NCBI GenBank assembly: GCA_041650735.1
Contig: JBAZKP010000003.1
Location: 25,823 to 89,822 of the forward strand
DNA: 64,000 bases
Source of the DNA: an archaeon
Lineage (GTDB): Archaea > Iainarchaeota > Iainarchaeia > Iainarchaeales > JAAZKV01
Direction of reading: 5' to 3'
Notes under the pieces: generated by a model
What the model saw: only the letters and a program-made list of their open reading frames with translations
The model's database searches: none
Told to the model about the DNA's origin: nothing
Made by a program: the position numbers and the translations under genes
Shown: positions 34,638 through 44,317 of the stretch, one piece after another
Layout of the letters: the number at the start of each line of letters is the position of its first letter
Numbering within the stretch: position 1 is the first letter of the stretch

Positions 34638-34922
34638 TTACTTTGATTTAGGCACTTTTTCAAGTAAATCTTTTCCAAAGATTGACCACAAGAATAATAT
34701 GAATGGCACCCAAATTAATTCGGGAAACTGGTAAAAAAGCAGGTATGTGATTAGTATTGTTAGTAATATCCCTAGTTTTGCCCCTACTTGTTTTTTTGCC
34801 CAAGCATATATCCAGAGAAAATAAATAATGAATAGGATTAGTGTTAGGGTGAGGAAAAAATCTCCTCCTTCAAGTGCTCCAATGAAATCTATTTCCATTA
34901 TAGGTATTTCCATGGTATTCAT
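34638..34922 (-). CDS. Small polytopic membrane protein
   Basis: 94 aa, 2-3 TM. Confidence 0.6.
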   Translation of the reverse strand: MNTMEIPIMEIDFIGALEGGDFFLTLTLILFIIYFLWIYAWAKKQVGAKLGILLTILITYLLFYQFPELIWVPFILFLWSIFGKDLLEKVPKSK

Positions 34923-34972
34923 CCTTCCTTTTCTAAATATTATTGTTTTCGGTGATTTATTAATCTACCTTA

Positions 34973-35305
34973 TTATGGTCTTGGCTTGGTTAGGTCCATT
35001 ACTGTTTTTGACCCCCATGTTAGTATACTAAATATTCCAAAGGTTGCAAGGGTTATCGCAAACCACCCTGTAGCGCCTATCCACCACCATTTTATTACTA
35101 AAAAATAAATTAGTATTCCTGAAATAATGAGTGTTAGCACCCCATTTCCAAGATAGCCTTTTACTGTACTAAATATCACAAATATTAGCATTATTTTTAC
35201 TATAATATCTATTGGCGGAAAAATATACATTAGTGCGGGTAACATGAAAACTAGTACCACCATTAGAACTATTGCTATTAATATGAAGTTTCCTTTTTCA
35301 TTCAT
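34973..35305 (-). CDS. Small polytopic membrane protein (paralogue of 35367-35804)
   Basis: 110 aa. 'FSTVKGYLGNGVLTLIISGILIYFLVI' aligns with 'ISYVTQHLGKGPLSLMIIAVLSYFIIF' of the neighbouring gene. Confidence 0.65.
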   Translation of the reverse strand: MNEKGNFILIAIVLMVVLVFMLPALMYIFPPIDIIVKIMLIFVIFSTVKGYLGNGVLTLIISGILIYFLVIKWWWIGATGWFAITLATFGIFSILTWGSKTVMDLTKPRP

Positions 35306-35366
35306 TTTTTCACCAATTTCTCGCTTTTTTCATTAATTATTATTCTTTTATTTTAAGCACAAATAT

Positions 35367-35804
35367 TTACACCATTCTTGTTCTTCTTCTCATATCCATT
35401 AATCTTTTCTGTCTTTCCTTCATATCTTGCCCATTTGGCTGATTCTCTACATCTCCCCCAGCCATATTTTGTTCCATAGCTGCTTGGGGGGCAAGGATAA
35501 AGAAATCCATTAATAATTGTGTTACTCCAAACAGTACAAGCATATACAATACATATATCCCGCCAAATATCATAAAGTAATCGAATATTATGAAATATGA
35601 TAGCACTGCTATTATCATTAATGATAAAGGTCCTTTTCCTAAGTGTTGGGTTACGTAAGATATTATTGTTAATAGTACAAATATTTTGAGTACTAATGTC
35701 ATGTCTGAGAATAGTTCATCAATCAGAAGCATGAAGGGCAGGATATTTGTCATCGCCATCATAGGAAAAGCAAGAATTGCCATACTAGTAATAGGTTTTT
35801 CCAC
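35367..35804 (-). CDS. Small polytopic membrane protein with a basic C-terminal tail
   Basis: 145 aa, 4 TM. The tail is 'KERQKRLMDMRRRTRMV'. Confidence 0.65.
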   Translation of the reverse strand: MEKPITSMAILAFPMMAMTNILPFMLLIDELFSDMTLVLKIFVLLTIISYVTQHLGKGPLSLMIIAVLSYFIIFDYFMIFGGIYVLYMLVLFGVTQLLMDFFILAPQAAMEQNMAGGDVENQPNGQDMKERQKRLMDMRRRTRMV

Positions 35805-35860
35805 TATAAAAAGATTGCTCGCCTAATTATTTAAGCAACATGCTTTTTCAGGCCTTTGCC

Positions 35861-38800
35861 TTAGTTTGCTCCAACTAATTCTAGTTCTTTGTTTGCCAGA
35901 CTATTTGTTGAACCTGTAGTGTTTTCTATCACTGCTGGATTCCACCAGAAGCTTGTTGATGAACCATCACTTGATACGCATACTTTTCCTTCTTGTACTG
36001 CATCAAACAAATCTTGCAGTGATTTCATGTATGAATTGTTTTGTAAGCTATTGTATTTCATTCCAGGTATTCCTAAGAGTTCTGCCGTTGAATTAAATTC
36101 ATTGCTTGTTGTCCAGAAGCTTGTGCCCACATCATTGGATATTAATCCATATCTTGATTCATCGTGTGGAATGAAGAATATTGATTTTAAGTACATGTTT
36201 CCTGCTCTTGTTGCATCATTGAACTCAAACCCGTAAACATTTTCCCCTAATTTGCTTAATCTATAATCAGGTGAATTGCTGTACACTTCCACCGCATTGC
36301 TTCCATAAAAGTCCTTGCTTTTTGCTGCCCCTGTCCAGTAACTTAAATTGCCTCCTGTGCTTACCGCTTTCTTTGTATTTTCTACACTGAATGCCATGTT
36401 GCCTGATGTTCCTTGTAATGTTTGTTTTGCAATTACTGGTGTAGCATAATTTGGAGTTAAAACTAATTCAGCTGTGCTCCCAGTAACAGTTGCTGATGCT
36501 AGCTGTCCTCTTGAGGCAACTGATGAATTAAGTGCTTCGAAATTTGTTTTTGTTTTTGTTGTAATACTTGTTACTCCATTGCTTGCAGCATTATTAAAAG
36601 TCAAAACCCTATTGTCGAAATTGCTTATTGTTATTTCTTCTTCATCATTATTCATATATACGCTTCCATACCCTTGTCTTCCTCCTTTTTCCCCAAGCAC
36701 TCCATCAAATGGCATACTGTAGAATGGGCTGTCCACACTTGGTTTTTTTACTAAAAGCAATGTTACCTCAATATTAGTATTATTTCCATCTATTACCCTG
36801 AAATTATCTTTTGCATTAAGATTCACGTACACATCATACAATCCTGGTTCTATTGTATTATCTCCAGAGAATTTTTTCTTTATCTTAAAATTACCTGAAG
36901 TTAAATAATCAACTATGTCTTTTTGTTTTGAATTAACATTTAATCCTTGCAATAATGTTTCTCTGTAATGTTGTTTGAAATCATTAAAGAAATCTTCAGT
37001 GAATGCATCTTTTGTTAAATAAACTCCGAAATTAATTGTATTATATAAATCCGTTTCATCCTGCACTGCATCAGTGTAAGTTATGCTATCAATATTTGCA
37101 ACGTAATACATTAGTCCTGGCAAACCAGCTATTGATTTTGTTGTTTGCGGCATCCAGCAATTATTATCCATTTCTCTGTTTATGAATGCTCTTGAAATAG
37201 TTTTCTTATCCGTGCTTCCAGGACCGTTTACTACTGCTGTAAAGAAATATAATCCTTCATATTCCGGTGTCTCTGCTTCAAAGGTTGTTTCACTTTCTCC
37301 CGAAGGCACTGTCCATTGTTTTACATCCGTTGCTGGCTCACCTTCTCCTTTCCATGCAACTGACATGTATGTTGTTACATCTGCCCCAGTATTGTTTTTT
37401 ACTTTTACTGTTGCGATAGTAATATCTGTATCCAAATTAGTGCTTATTGTAATATCTTCTATTCCCACAAATCCTTCTGCAACAGTTAATTTTTGTGAAT
37501 TTATTTCATCAATCGTATCAGTTACTTGTTGTTGTATTATGTCAGGCGGACAAGAAAACTTGCTTCCATTATTTGCCATGAATTCATCAAGGTTAGCCAG
37601 TTTTTTTGTTAATGCTATTAGGAATTGTGTTGCATCACAATAAACATATTCTGGGTTCATGTAATCGCATTGATCTGCAGAAATAGCATCCCATGACCAA
37701 TCTAATTTTATTCTTGGTAGTGCTTCTTTTCCTGTTGCTCCTGTTAGTGCCCCAAAGTAACATGAATTAGCTTTCTTTATGTATGCTTCTTCTCCACTTG
37801 GTTCTCCTGATATTACTCTTAAATGGTATTTTTGTGAGTAAGTTGATTCGCTTACTCCGTTGCATAAACCTGCATCCTCTTCTGCCCCTACCCAATAATT
37901 TCCAAATGTTGGCTTAAAGCATTGTACATCATAATCAAATTCTGTTCCCGCGCTTGTGGAAGTATTTTCTCCATCCACTGAATGTATTTGTTTTCCATGG
38001 TTGTGTACTGTTGCTCCTATTGTTAGTGTTCCATATCTTGGCTGTGGATCATTTAACCCATCATTAGTGAATTTTAGTGCAACTGTTTCTTCTGAACTGT
38101 ATTGTGCATCAGTGAAATCCCATTCAGAGCCAATTCCTTCTAAAGTAAATGTTAATTCTCCTGCATCTGGTGGAACTACTTTTTGTGCTGACCCATTCTC
38201 ATCCTCGCTTCCTGATGGAGGAGTTACTCCAACAGTTGTTCCTTGTAACAAAATAACAAAATCATCATAAGGCACTGTCTGGAAATGCTCATCACATTTA
38301 TATAAATCCGCATTTCCCATTAAGTAACCGCCAATAACCGCACCAATAATTGTTGTTGACGCTTGGAACCAGTTAAAAGAACCTGAAGTTGTGGTTGTGC
38401 TACCAAAATGAGCTACAGGAACTTTTTGATTAATAAAATCTGATGCTGATGCCCCTGGCTCTTTACTAGTATCCTTCCAGGTATCATAGGTAGTGTCTCG
38501 TACAATTGGAGGAATATTAGTAGTACTTGTACCCCCAATGTCATCCCATGTTGTTGAAGTTGATTTCACTGGTTTAGCTGCACCCCAAGTATGTCTTCCA
38601 ATCCAATTATGGATTTTACCAGTAAAACTATTGTTATAAGCTGAAATCGCCGAAGTTGCTTTTGATGAAAATCCACTTATCGAATCAGATTCTATAGTTG
38701 TTCCATTAACTGTCCCTCTATATCCATATGTGCCATTACCTGCATCATATCTTTGAACATCTATTGTTCCAAGAGTTCCATCACCTTTTGAATAATTTAC

Positions 38801-41800
38801 AGTAGTTGTTTCATTAATTTGACTTTCAGTCGGTGGATTCCAAGTACGACTTCCATCCGATAACTGGTTTTCAATTCCTTTTGATGTCGCCGACCCATCG
38901 GCGTTTTTTGTCGCATCGGTTTCTGCTGGTTTATCAGAAGTATTGGTTGCTGAACTATCAGGATTATCAGTTGTTGTTTCTGAGTGTCCCGGGTTCCATG
39001 TTGAGCCTATCATGTTTCCTAGTGCTGCTCCCATCATTGCACCTGCTACTGCTTGTGTCCAATCAAAGTCTGCGTCTTCTTTTCCCCATATGCATTCGTC
39101 TGCTTTAACATTTACTGTTTCTGTGAGCATTCTGTTTGTGAGTATTATTGAGTCTTCTGAGCCTGAACCTATTAAATTTAATTCAAATTTATTCAGATTA
39201 AAGTATTTTCCTTCTGGTTCCAAAAATGTTACTGGTGCTTCTCCGATGAATGTGAATCCTGCTGTTCCTCTTGCTCTCGCGTGTACTGTTACACCATAGC
39301 TCCCTGGCAGGGATGGTCCGTATGCTTCTATCTCTTGTGATTTTCCTTGGATTGTAAATGCTTTTTTGCTTAGAGAGATTTTTCCTTCTACTCCTCCTGA
39401 GCATCCTGAATCATTTTTGCATAATATTACATCTATTGTTTGTCCTAAGCATGAGGATGCATCTATTGTTATTTTTGCTTTTTCTTTGAATTCTACTGGT
39501 GCTGCATCCCCTGTTATGCTCATGCATTCTTTCAGGTTAACTACATTTACTGTATAAGTTACTGTTCCTGGATTGCTTTTTACTGTTTGTCCTTGGAATT
39601 TAGCTTCAAAGCTTAGTTGTATTGAAACTGCTTTTCCTAGTGCTTCTGTTCCTGGCGCAAATGTTAATGTGCCGAATAATTTTTCTCCTGCCCCTATTTT
39701 GTCAAGTACTTTTCTTTTTCCTCCATCTAGTGCTGTTCTTCCTACGCTTGAGCCTGTTGAGTTCCTGATTGAGATTTCTGCTATTCCTGGTATTTCTGTT
39801 GGGGAGGTTACAGATAGTGCCTCTAATGGGATATTCACATTGTCTGATGCGCATGCATTAATCATTTCAAAATCAAATCTTGCTTGTGCTTTTTCTGTTA
39901 CCGCGGTTGTCTTGCCTGGTTTTAGTATTATGCAGTCTTCCCCTGGGTTTGCTTCAGAGGACACTGTTACTGTTAGTGGAATATTTACATCATAGGTTAA
40001 ATGTAATTCAGGTTGTTCGAATATTACTTTTATTGAGCCTTGTACTGTTATTGGTTCAATGAAATTATCCTGTGTTATGCTGTTTGCCAATCTTATCCTC
40101 AATAATTCAATGTCCAAAGTATCCTCTGCTTTTACTGTTCTGTCTTCGTTTGCAATTTCTTCAAAGTAACCGTTCATTGCATCTTCATTTATTGTGTCTT
40201 TGAATTTTGCATCAAACTGTAACGATTTTATTATTAGGTTTTGTTTTGAGAGGTTAGCAAATGTTACTTGTTTTATTTCTTCTCTTTTTGAAAAAGTATT
40301 TAATGTTACAAGTATTTCTTCAGGAGTAAAAGCTATTATTTGGTCTGATACTAAGAGAGAGTACATTTGTCTTGAGTATCCTTCTTTTGTTATTTCAACT
40401 AGTACTCTTGTTTTCTGGAATAATGCACCTGAATCAACTATTGCTCTTCCTAACCTGTCTGTTTCTTTTGAATCCACCATGTATTGTTCAAATCCTGGTT
40501 CTTTTGCATAGCTTTTTACTATTGCTCCCGGCAGGTAATCTCCTTTTTCATCTGTAACATCCACCTCTATTTGAGTGTTCATGAGTGCGGGTATGAATTG
40601 CGGGCTTATTGAAACCACAAAGTCTTTTTCTTTCACTATTTCAAAGCTTGTTTCTTTTGTGTAAATTATTCTTCCCTCTGATTTTAATTCAAATCTTATT
40701 ATTTCTGCCCCTTCTTTCATTCCTTCTATTGTCATTTCAATATCAATGGTAGTATTTTTTTCAAAACTATTGAGTTCAATGTTTTCTGCCTTATATATTT
40801 CTCTGTCATTTGTTGTTGTTCCTACTGAATCTTTTATTTTGTAGTTCTTTATTTTCACTCTTTTTTCTTCTTGTTCATCTCCAACAACTGTAATATTCAA
40901 ATAAACTGGTTTACTGTTTTTGCCGTAATCAATCTCTGAATTATTTAAAAAAGTAACATGGTAAGTATGATCAGTTATTTGTTTCATTGTGTAAGGAGAA
41001 TCAATATACAAATCATCTTTTTTTGAATAAAGCCATTCTGAATTAGAGCAGAATCCTTCTTCGCATATTGCTTCTGTTCCAACATAATAAACATTTGACT
41101 GGTATGTGTCAGCATAGAAATCCTGTTGTGCATTGCTTGGAGGGAGTCTTGTGTTGTCAAAATTTCCTCTGTAAAAGAATTGTAGTTCTTTGTTTGGAGG
41201 CGCTGTTTTGCTTATTCTAAACCATACTTTTACTTCTCTTGTTCCTTGCCCGAAATTTCTCCACAAAGTATTGCTCCATTTTGCTAATCCATCTGTTGTA
41301 TTTTCTGAATCATAAGAGTATCCTTTTTCTGGGTCATATGTTGTTCCTCTTGTTTCGGAGGAAATGTTTGCCCCTTCAACTGAATCAATTGCCATTACAT
41401 CATTTTCCAGCATTGTTTGTTTTCCTGCCCTGAAATGGAATAGTACCTCATTGTATTCTTTGTCTGAATTAATATTGAATTTTGCGTAATATTTTTTTCC
41501 TGCAGCCATTGTTTGTATTAAAGCATCATTTTCATTGTAGATTCCTATTAATTTTATTTCGGGCTCGGATATTTGTTTTAACATTGTTACGTTGAAGGTG
41601 TATGTTTTGTCCGGCCATAGCACTGTTGGAACTGTGTAATAATCTTCATATGTTTCTGCTTCTAATTTTACATATATTGTTTGCCCTGCTTTTATGCTTC
41701 TTGTTGCTTTTCCTTTTTCCACTGAAACTATTCCTGCTAATCCGTGTTCATCAATCATTTTTCCATCAATAGTCATTATTTCTGCAGTGCCATCAACCAA

Positions 41801-43396
41801 ATCTCCTGCTTCGTTAAGCACATTGAGTTTTATTGTTGCTGAGCCTACTTGCATTGTAATGTTGAAAACATTTTCCCTATCAATTGCCACTAATTTTTCT
41901 GCCGAGGCTCCTATGAATGGTCCTTTTATTGCATAGGCATATACAATTCCTTCAACTTTTCCTGCAATGAATTCTGCTTCTCCATTCAAATCAGTAAGAG
42001 AATAATTTTTTGCCTGATATAATTCAACTATCCCCTCATTTTCTTTGTATTTGAGCATTACTTTTGCATTTATTACTTGTAATCCGTCCTGGTCAACTAC
42101 TTTTATTTTTACTTTTCCTGCATTCAGGCTTGTTATTCTCCCAAGCTCCATTGTTACATTCATATCTCCCGTTAATTCTTGTTCTATTTCTTTTGGAAAA
42201 TATCCTCCGTTCAAATCCCCTAGTTTTTTTGCTGCAAATTTGTAAGTTCCAAGGTCCATGAAAGTAAATACTGCTCTTCCATCTGAACCTGTTTTTGTGC
42301 TTGCAATTTCTCTCCCATAAGAATCTTTCGCATTTACTATCGCATCAACTATTAACGCACCCGATAATTCATCAACCGTTGTTATAGTTACTCTTGATTT
42401 TATTGTTTTTGATACCTCTACCACTATTTCTGTTGAATTATCCACCTCAATTGTTTTTGTTACGATTCCATAATTATTTCTTGAATCAGAGATTGAAAGG
42501 AAATATGTTCCTTCCTGCACTGGTATCGTAAGCTCGGATGCTGACCCTGTTTGTAAACTCCCATCATCCCCATAAGTATTAGCCCCTGTTAATTTTATTT
42601 TGAAACTCGTATCATTAACAGGGTAACCGTTTGACCTTATTTTTATTTTCAAGCTTCCAAGAGTTTGCTCATTTGGTTCGAGGTATAAATCATAAAGCGT
42701 TGAATTAACTAGGTATGTTTTTTGTTTGTATTTTGGATTTGAAACTGTTGCCTGTAATCTGCAGTTAATCGGCTCTGTTACTTCAATAGGTCCTGTTGCA
42801 TCAAAGGTTGCTGTTTGGGGTTGTGGTATTATTGATGAATTTTCACATGAAAAATTTAACTGGATTTCTTCAGAAGGGTTGAATCCTGAAGAAGTTTTTA
42901 CAAATATTTTTTTTAATACTTCTTTGAAAACTACTGAAGGTGCTTTTAATTTTATTATTTCATTTAGATTTTCATTTACTGGAAAGGATTGTGAAAATAC
43001 TCCTTTGCTTATGTTTATGTCAAATACAAGCTCCTGTCCTTGTTTTATTCCTATAAAAGTTATTGCTCCTTCAGCATCTGTTCTTGCATTAAGGTCCTGA
43101 ATTTTTGTATTCCCCTGCATTAATTTTGCAAAGATTAGTGTGTCATAAACCGGTTTGTTGTCATTGGTTTTTATTGTGAAAGTTGCACTGTATTCTTGGT
43201 TAGCGCTTATTAGAACAAAAGCACCAAAAATAATTAATAAGAAAATTATTAATAAGAATAAAAGAAAGCTTGGAATTACTGTATCAACTGCATCTATTAC
43301 CCCGTAGACAGGGATTTTTTTGTCAACAGCATCCCAGAAGGAGTACCATTTCTCTTCAAGAGAGTAGTAAAAATCCTTTATTGCCTCAAGTACCAT
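35861..43396 (-). CDS. Giant membrane-anchored surface protein, paralogue 1 (~2511 aa)
   Basis: An uninterrupted 7.5-kb ORF in AT-rich DNA. It has a conserved N-terminus 'KDFYYSLEEKWYSFWD...IPSF', one TM segment, many carboxypeptidase-regulatory/Ig-like beta-sandwich repeats, a central S/T/N-rich module flanked by Gly-zipper-like segments, and a conserved Cys-containing C-terminal region. The ATG at 43396 aligns with the paralogues (the track GTG is at 43405). Confidence 0.9.
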   Translation of the reverse strand: MVLEAIKDFYYSLEEKWYSFWDAVDKKIPVYGVIDAVDTVIPSFLLFLLIIFLLIIFGAFVLISANQEYSATFTIKTNDNKPVYDTLIFAKLMQGNTKIQDLNARTDAEGAITFIGIKQGQELVFDINISKGVFSQSFPVNENLNEIIKLKAPSVVFKEVLKKIFVKTSSGFNPSEEIQLNFSCENSSIIPQPQTATFDATGPIEVTEPINCRLQATVSNPKYKQKTYLVNSTLYDLYLEPNEQTLGSLKIKIRSNGYPVNDTSFKIKLTGANTYGDDGSLQTGSASELTIPVQEGTYFLSISDSRNNYGIVTKTIEVDNSTEIVVEVSKTIKSRVTITTVDELSGALIVDAIVNAKDSYGREIASTKTGSDGRAVFTFMDLGTYKFAAKKLGDLNGGYFPKEIEQELTGDMNVTMELGRITSLNAGKVKIKVVDQDGLQVINAKVMLKYKENEGIVELYQAKNYSLTDLNGEAEFIAGKVEGIVYAYAIKGPFIGASAEKLVAIDRENVFNITMQVGSATIKLNVLNEAGDLVDGTAEIMTIDGKMIDEHGLAGIVSVEKGKATRSIKAGQTIYVKLEAETYEDYYTVPTVLWPDKTYTFNVTMLKQISEPEIKLIGIYNENDALIQTMAAGKKYYAKFNINSDKEYNEVLFHFRAGKQTMLENDVMAIDSVEGANISSETRGTTYDPEKGYSYDSENTTDGLAKWSNTLWRNFGQGTREVKVWFRISKTAPPNKELQFFYRGNFDNTRLPPSNAQQDFYADTYQSNVYYVGTEAICEEGFCSNSEWLYSKKDDLYIDSPYTMKQITDHTYHVTFLNNSEIDYGKNSKPVYLNITVVGDEQEEKRVKIKNYKIKDSVGTTTNDREIYKAENIELNSFEKNTTIDIEMTIEGMKEGAEIIRFELKSEGRIIYTKETSFEIVKEKDFVVSISPQFIPALMNTQIEVDVTDEKGDYLPGAIVKSYAKEPGFEQYMVDSKETDRLGRAIVDSGALFQKTRVLVEITKEGYSRQMYSLLVSDQIIAFTPEEILVTLNTFSKREEIKQVTFANLSKQNLIIKSLQFDAKFKDTINEDAMNGYFEEIANEDRTVKAEDTLDIELLRIRLANSITQDNFIEPITVQGSIKVIFEQPELHLTYDVNIPLTVTVSSEANPGEDCIILKPGKTTAVTEKAQARFDFEMINACASDNVNIPLEALSVTSPTEIPGIAEISIRNSTGSSVGRTALDGGKRKVLDKIGAGEKLFGTLTFAPGTEALGKAVSIQLSFEAKFQGQTVKSNPGTVTYTVNVVNLKECMSITGDAAPVEFKEKAKITIDASSCLGQTIDVILCKNDSGCSGGVEGKISLSKKAFTIQGKSQEIEAYGPSLPGSYGVTVHARARGTAGFTFIGEAPVTFLEPEGKYFNLNKFELNLIGSGSEDSIILTNRMLTETVNVKADECIWGKEDADFDWTQAVAGAMMGAALGNMIGSTWNPGHSETTTDNPDSSATNTSDKPAETDATKNADGSATSKGIENQLSDGSRTWNPPTESQINETTTVNYSKGDGTLGTIDVQRYDAGNGTYGYRGTVNGTTIESDSISGFSSKATSAISAYNNSFTGKIHNWIGRHTWGAAKPVKSTSTTWDDIGGTSTTNIPPIVRDTTYDTWKDTSKEPGASASDFINQKVPVAHFGSTTTTSGSFNWFQASTTIIGAVIGGYLMGNADLYKCDEHFQTVPYDDFVILLQGTTVGVTPPSGSEDENGSAQKVVPPDAGELTFTLEGIGSEWDFTDAQYSSEETVALKFTNDGLNDPQPRYGTLTIGATVHNHGKQIHSVDGENTSTSAGTEFDYDVQCFKPTFGNYWVGAEEDAGLCNGVSESTYSQKYHLRVISGEPSGEEAYIKKANSCYFGALTGATGKEALPRIKLDWSWDAISADQCDYMNPEYVYCDATQFLIALTKKLANLDEFMANNGSKFSCPPDIIQQQVTDTIDEINSQKLTVAEGFVGIEDITISTNLDTDITIATVKVKNNTGADVTTYMSVAWKGEGEPATDVKQWTVPSGESETTFEAETPEYEGLYFFTAVVNGPGSTDKKTISRAFINREMDNNCWMPQTTKSIAGLPGLMYYVANIDSITYTDAVQDETDLYNTINFGVYLTKDAFTEDFFNDFKQHYRETLLQGLNVNSKQKDIVDYLTSGNFKIKKKFSGDNTIEPGLYDVYVNLNAKDNFRVIDGNNTNIEVTLLLVKKPSVDSPFYSMPFDGVLGEKGGRQGYGSVYMNNDEEEITISNFDNRVLTFNNAASNGVTSITTKTKTNFEALNSSVASRGQLASATVTGSTAELVLTPNYATPVIAKQTLQGTSGNMAFSVENTKKAVSTGGNLSYWTGAAKSKDFYGSNAVEVYSNSPDYRLSKLGENVYGFEFNDATRAGNMYLKSIFFIPHDESRYGLISNDVGTSFWTTSNEFNSTAELLGIPGMKYNSLQNNSYMKSLQDLFDAVQEGKVCVSSDGSSTSFWWNPAVIENTTGSTNSLANKELELVGAN

Positions 43397-43475
43397 AGTA
43401 AACACTTACACGTGCAAAAACGATTGTTCCTATAAGAAAAACTGCTTCAAAGTATTTAAATATATACTCGGCAAA

Positions 43476-43895
43476 TCACGTCAAATCAGCCAATTCAAGC
43501 ATTTGCTTGGTATTTAGGACTTTTACAACTTTTTGTTTTTTTAACTCGCTGTCATTTGACCAAAGCACAGCGTTTTTGTATTGTAAACAGCATGCAATGA
43601 ATGGAGCATCATCAATATCCAGTCCCTTCAATATCTCTTTTGCAGTCAAGTAATGCTCACTTATTTCTAAAGAGGGTACTATTTGTACTTTTTGCATTAA
43701 AAGGAATAAAACTTTGTTAAGATTTTCTTCCGAGAGTCCTGATTTTTTTAACACTAATTCCTTATGCTCTTCTAGTTCATCAAGTACTGCTGAAGGCAGT
43801 AAGAACTCAAGTTCACTTACAAGAATAATTTTTCTTGTAAGCGAGTCTTTTATGATTGCAGAGAACAAAATATTAGAATCAATGATGAACTTCAT
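43476..43895 (-). CDS. vapC: PIN-domain ribonuclease (VapC-like toxin)
   Basis: 139 aa. 'MKFIIDSNILFSAI' carries the first acidic residue, with 'DDAPFIACCL' and 'WSNDSEL' near the C-terminus. It overlaps the upstream antitoxin-like gene. Confidence 0.75.
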   Translation of the reverse strand: MKFIIDSNILFSAIIKDSLTRKIILVSELEFLLPSAVLDELEEHKELVLKKSGLSEENLNKVLFLLMQKVQIVPSLEISEHYLTAKEILKGLDIDDAPFIACCLQYKNAVLWSNDSELKKQKVVKVLNTKQMLELADLT

Positions 43896-44112
43896 TCAAA
43901 AACCTTTTCGCAGCAAGCGAATTGATTTTTTTTCCAAGTTCCAAAGCATCTTTTTCGGTGAGTTTGCTGTTTTTCAGCAATTCATCTGCCATTCGCAGGG
44001 TTTCAATTTTTTTGATTACTGCTTGTCTTGCAACTTCACTCCATTTTACTTCAGGGAATTTCTTCATTTCTTCTTGAATTTCCTTCGGCATGGACAAAGT
44101 CATATTACCCAT
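43879..44112 (-). CDS. Putative VapB-like antitoxin
   Basis: About 77 aa, 'MGNMTLSMPKEIQEEMKKFPEVKWSEVARQAVIKKIE...'. It overlaps the PIN gene start by 17 nt, which is the typical type II TA arrangement. Confidence 0.65.
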   Translation of the reverse strand: MGNMTLSMPKEIQEEMKKFPEVKWSEVARQAVIKKIETLRMADELLKNSKLTEKDALELGKKINSLAAKRFLNEVHH

Positions 44113-44317
44113 AAAATCACAAATATATATGTGCAAACACATATTTAATTGTTTTGGAATAAAACCAATTCACCAAAAATAATTTTCCAAAATCAATATT
44201 TATACTTTTGCGGAGTTGTATGCCGGCTAATAAAATTATTTTAAATTTCGTTAATTCAAAAACATGTCCAGGAAAATGGGTTTAATAGAAATAGTTTCTA
44301 GTTTTAACAGAATTAAT

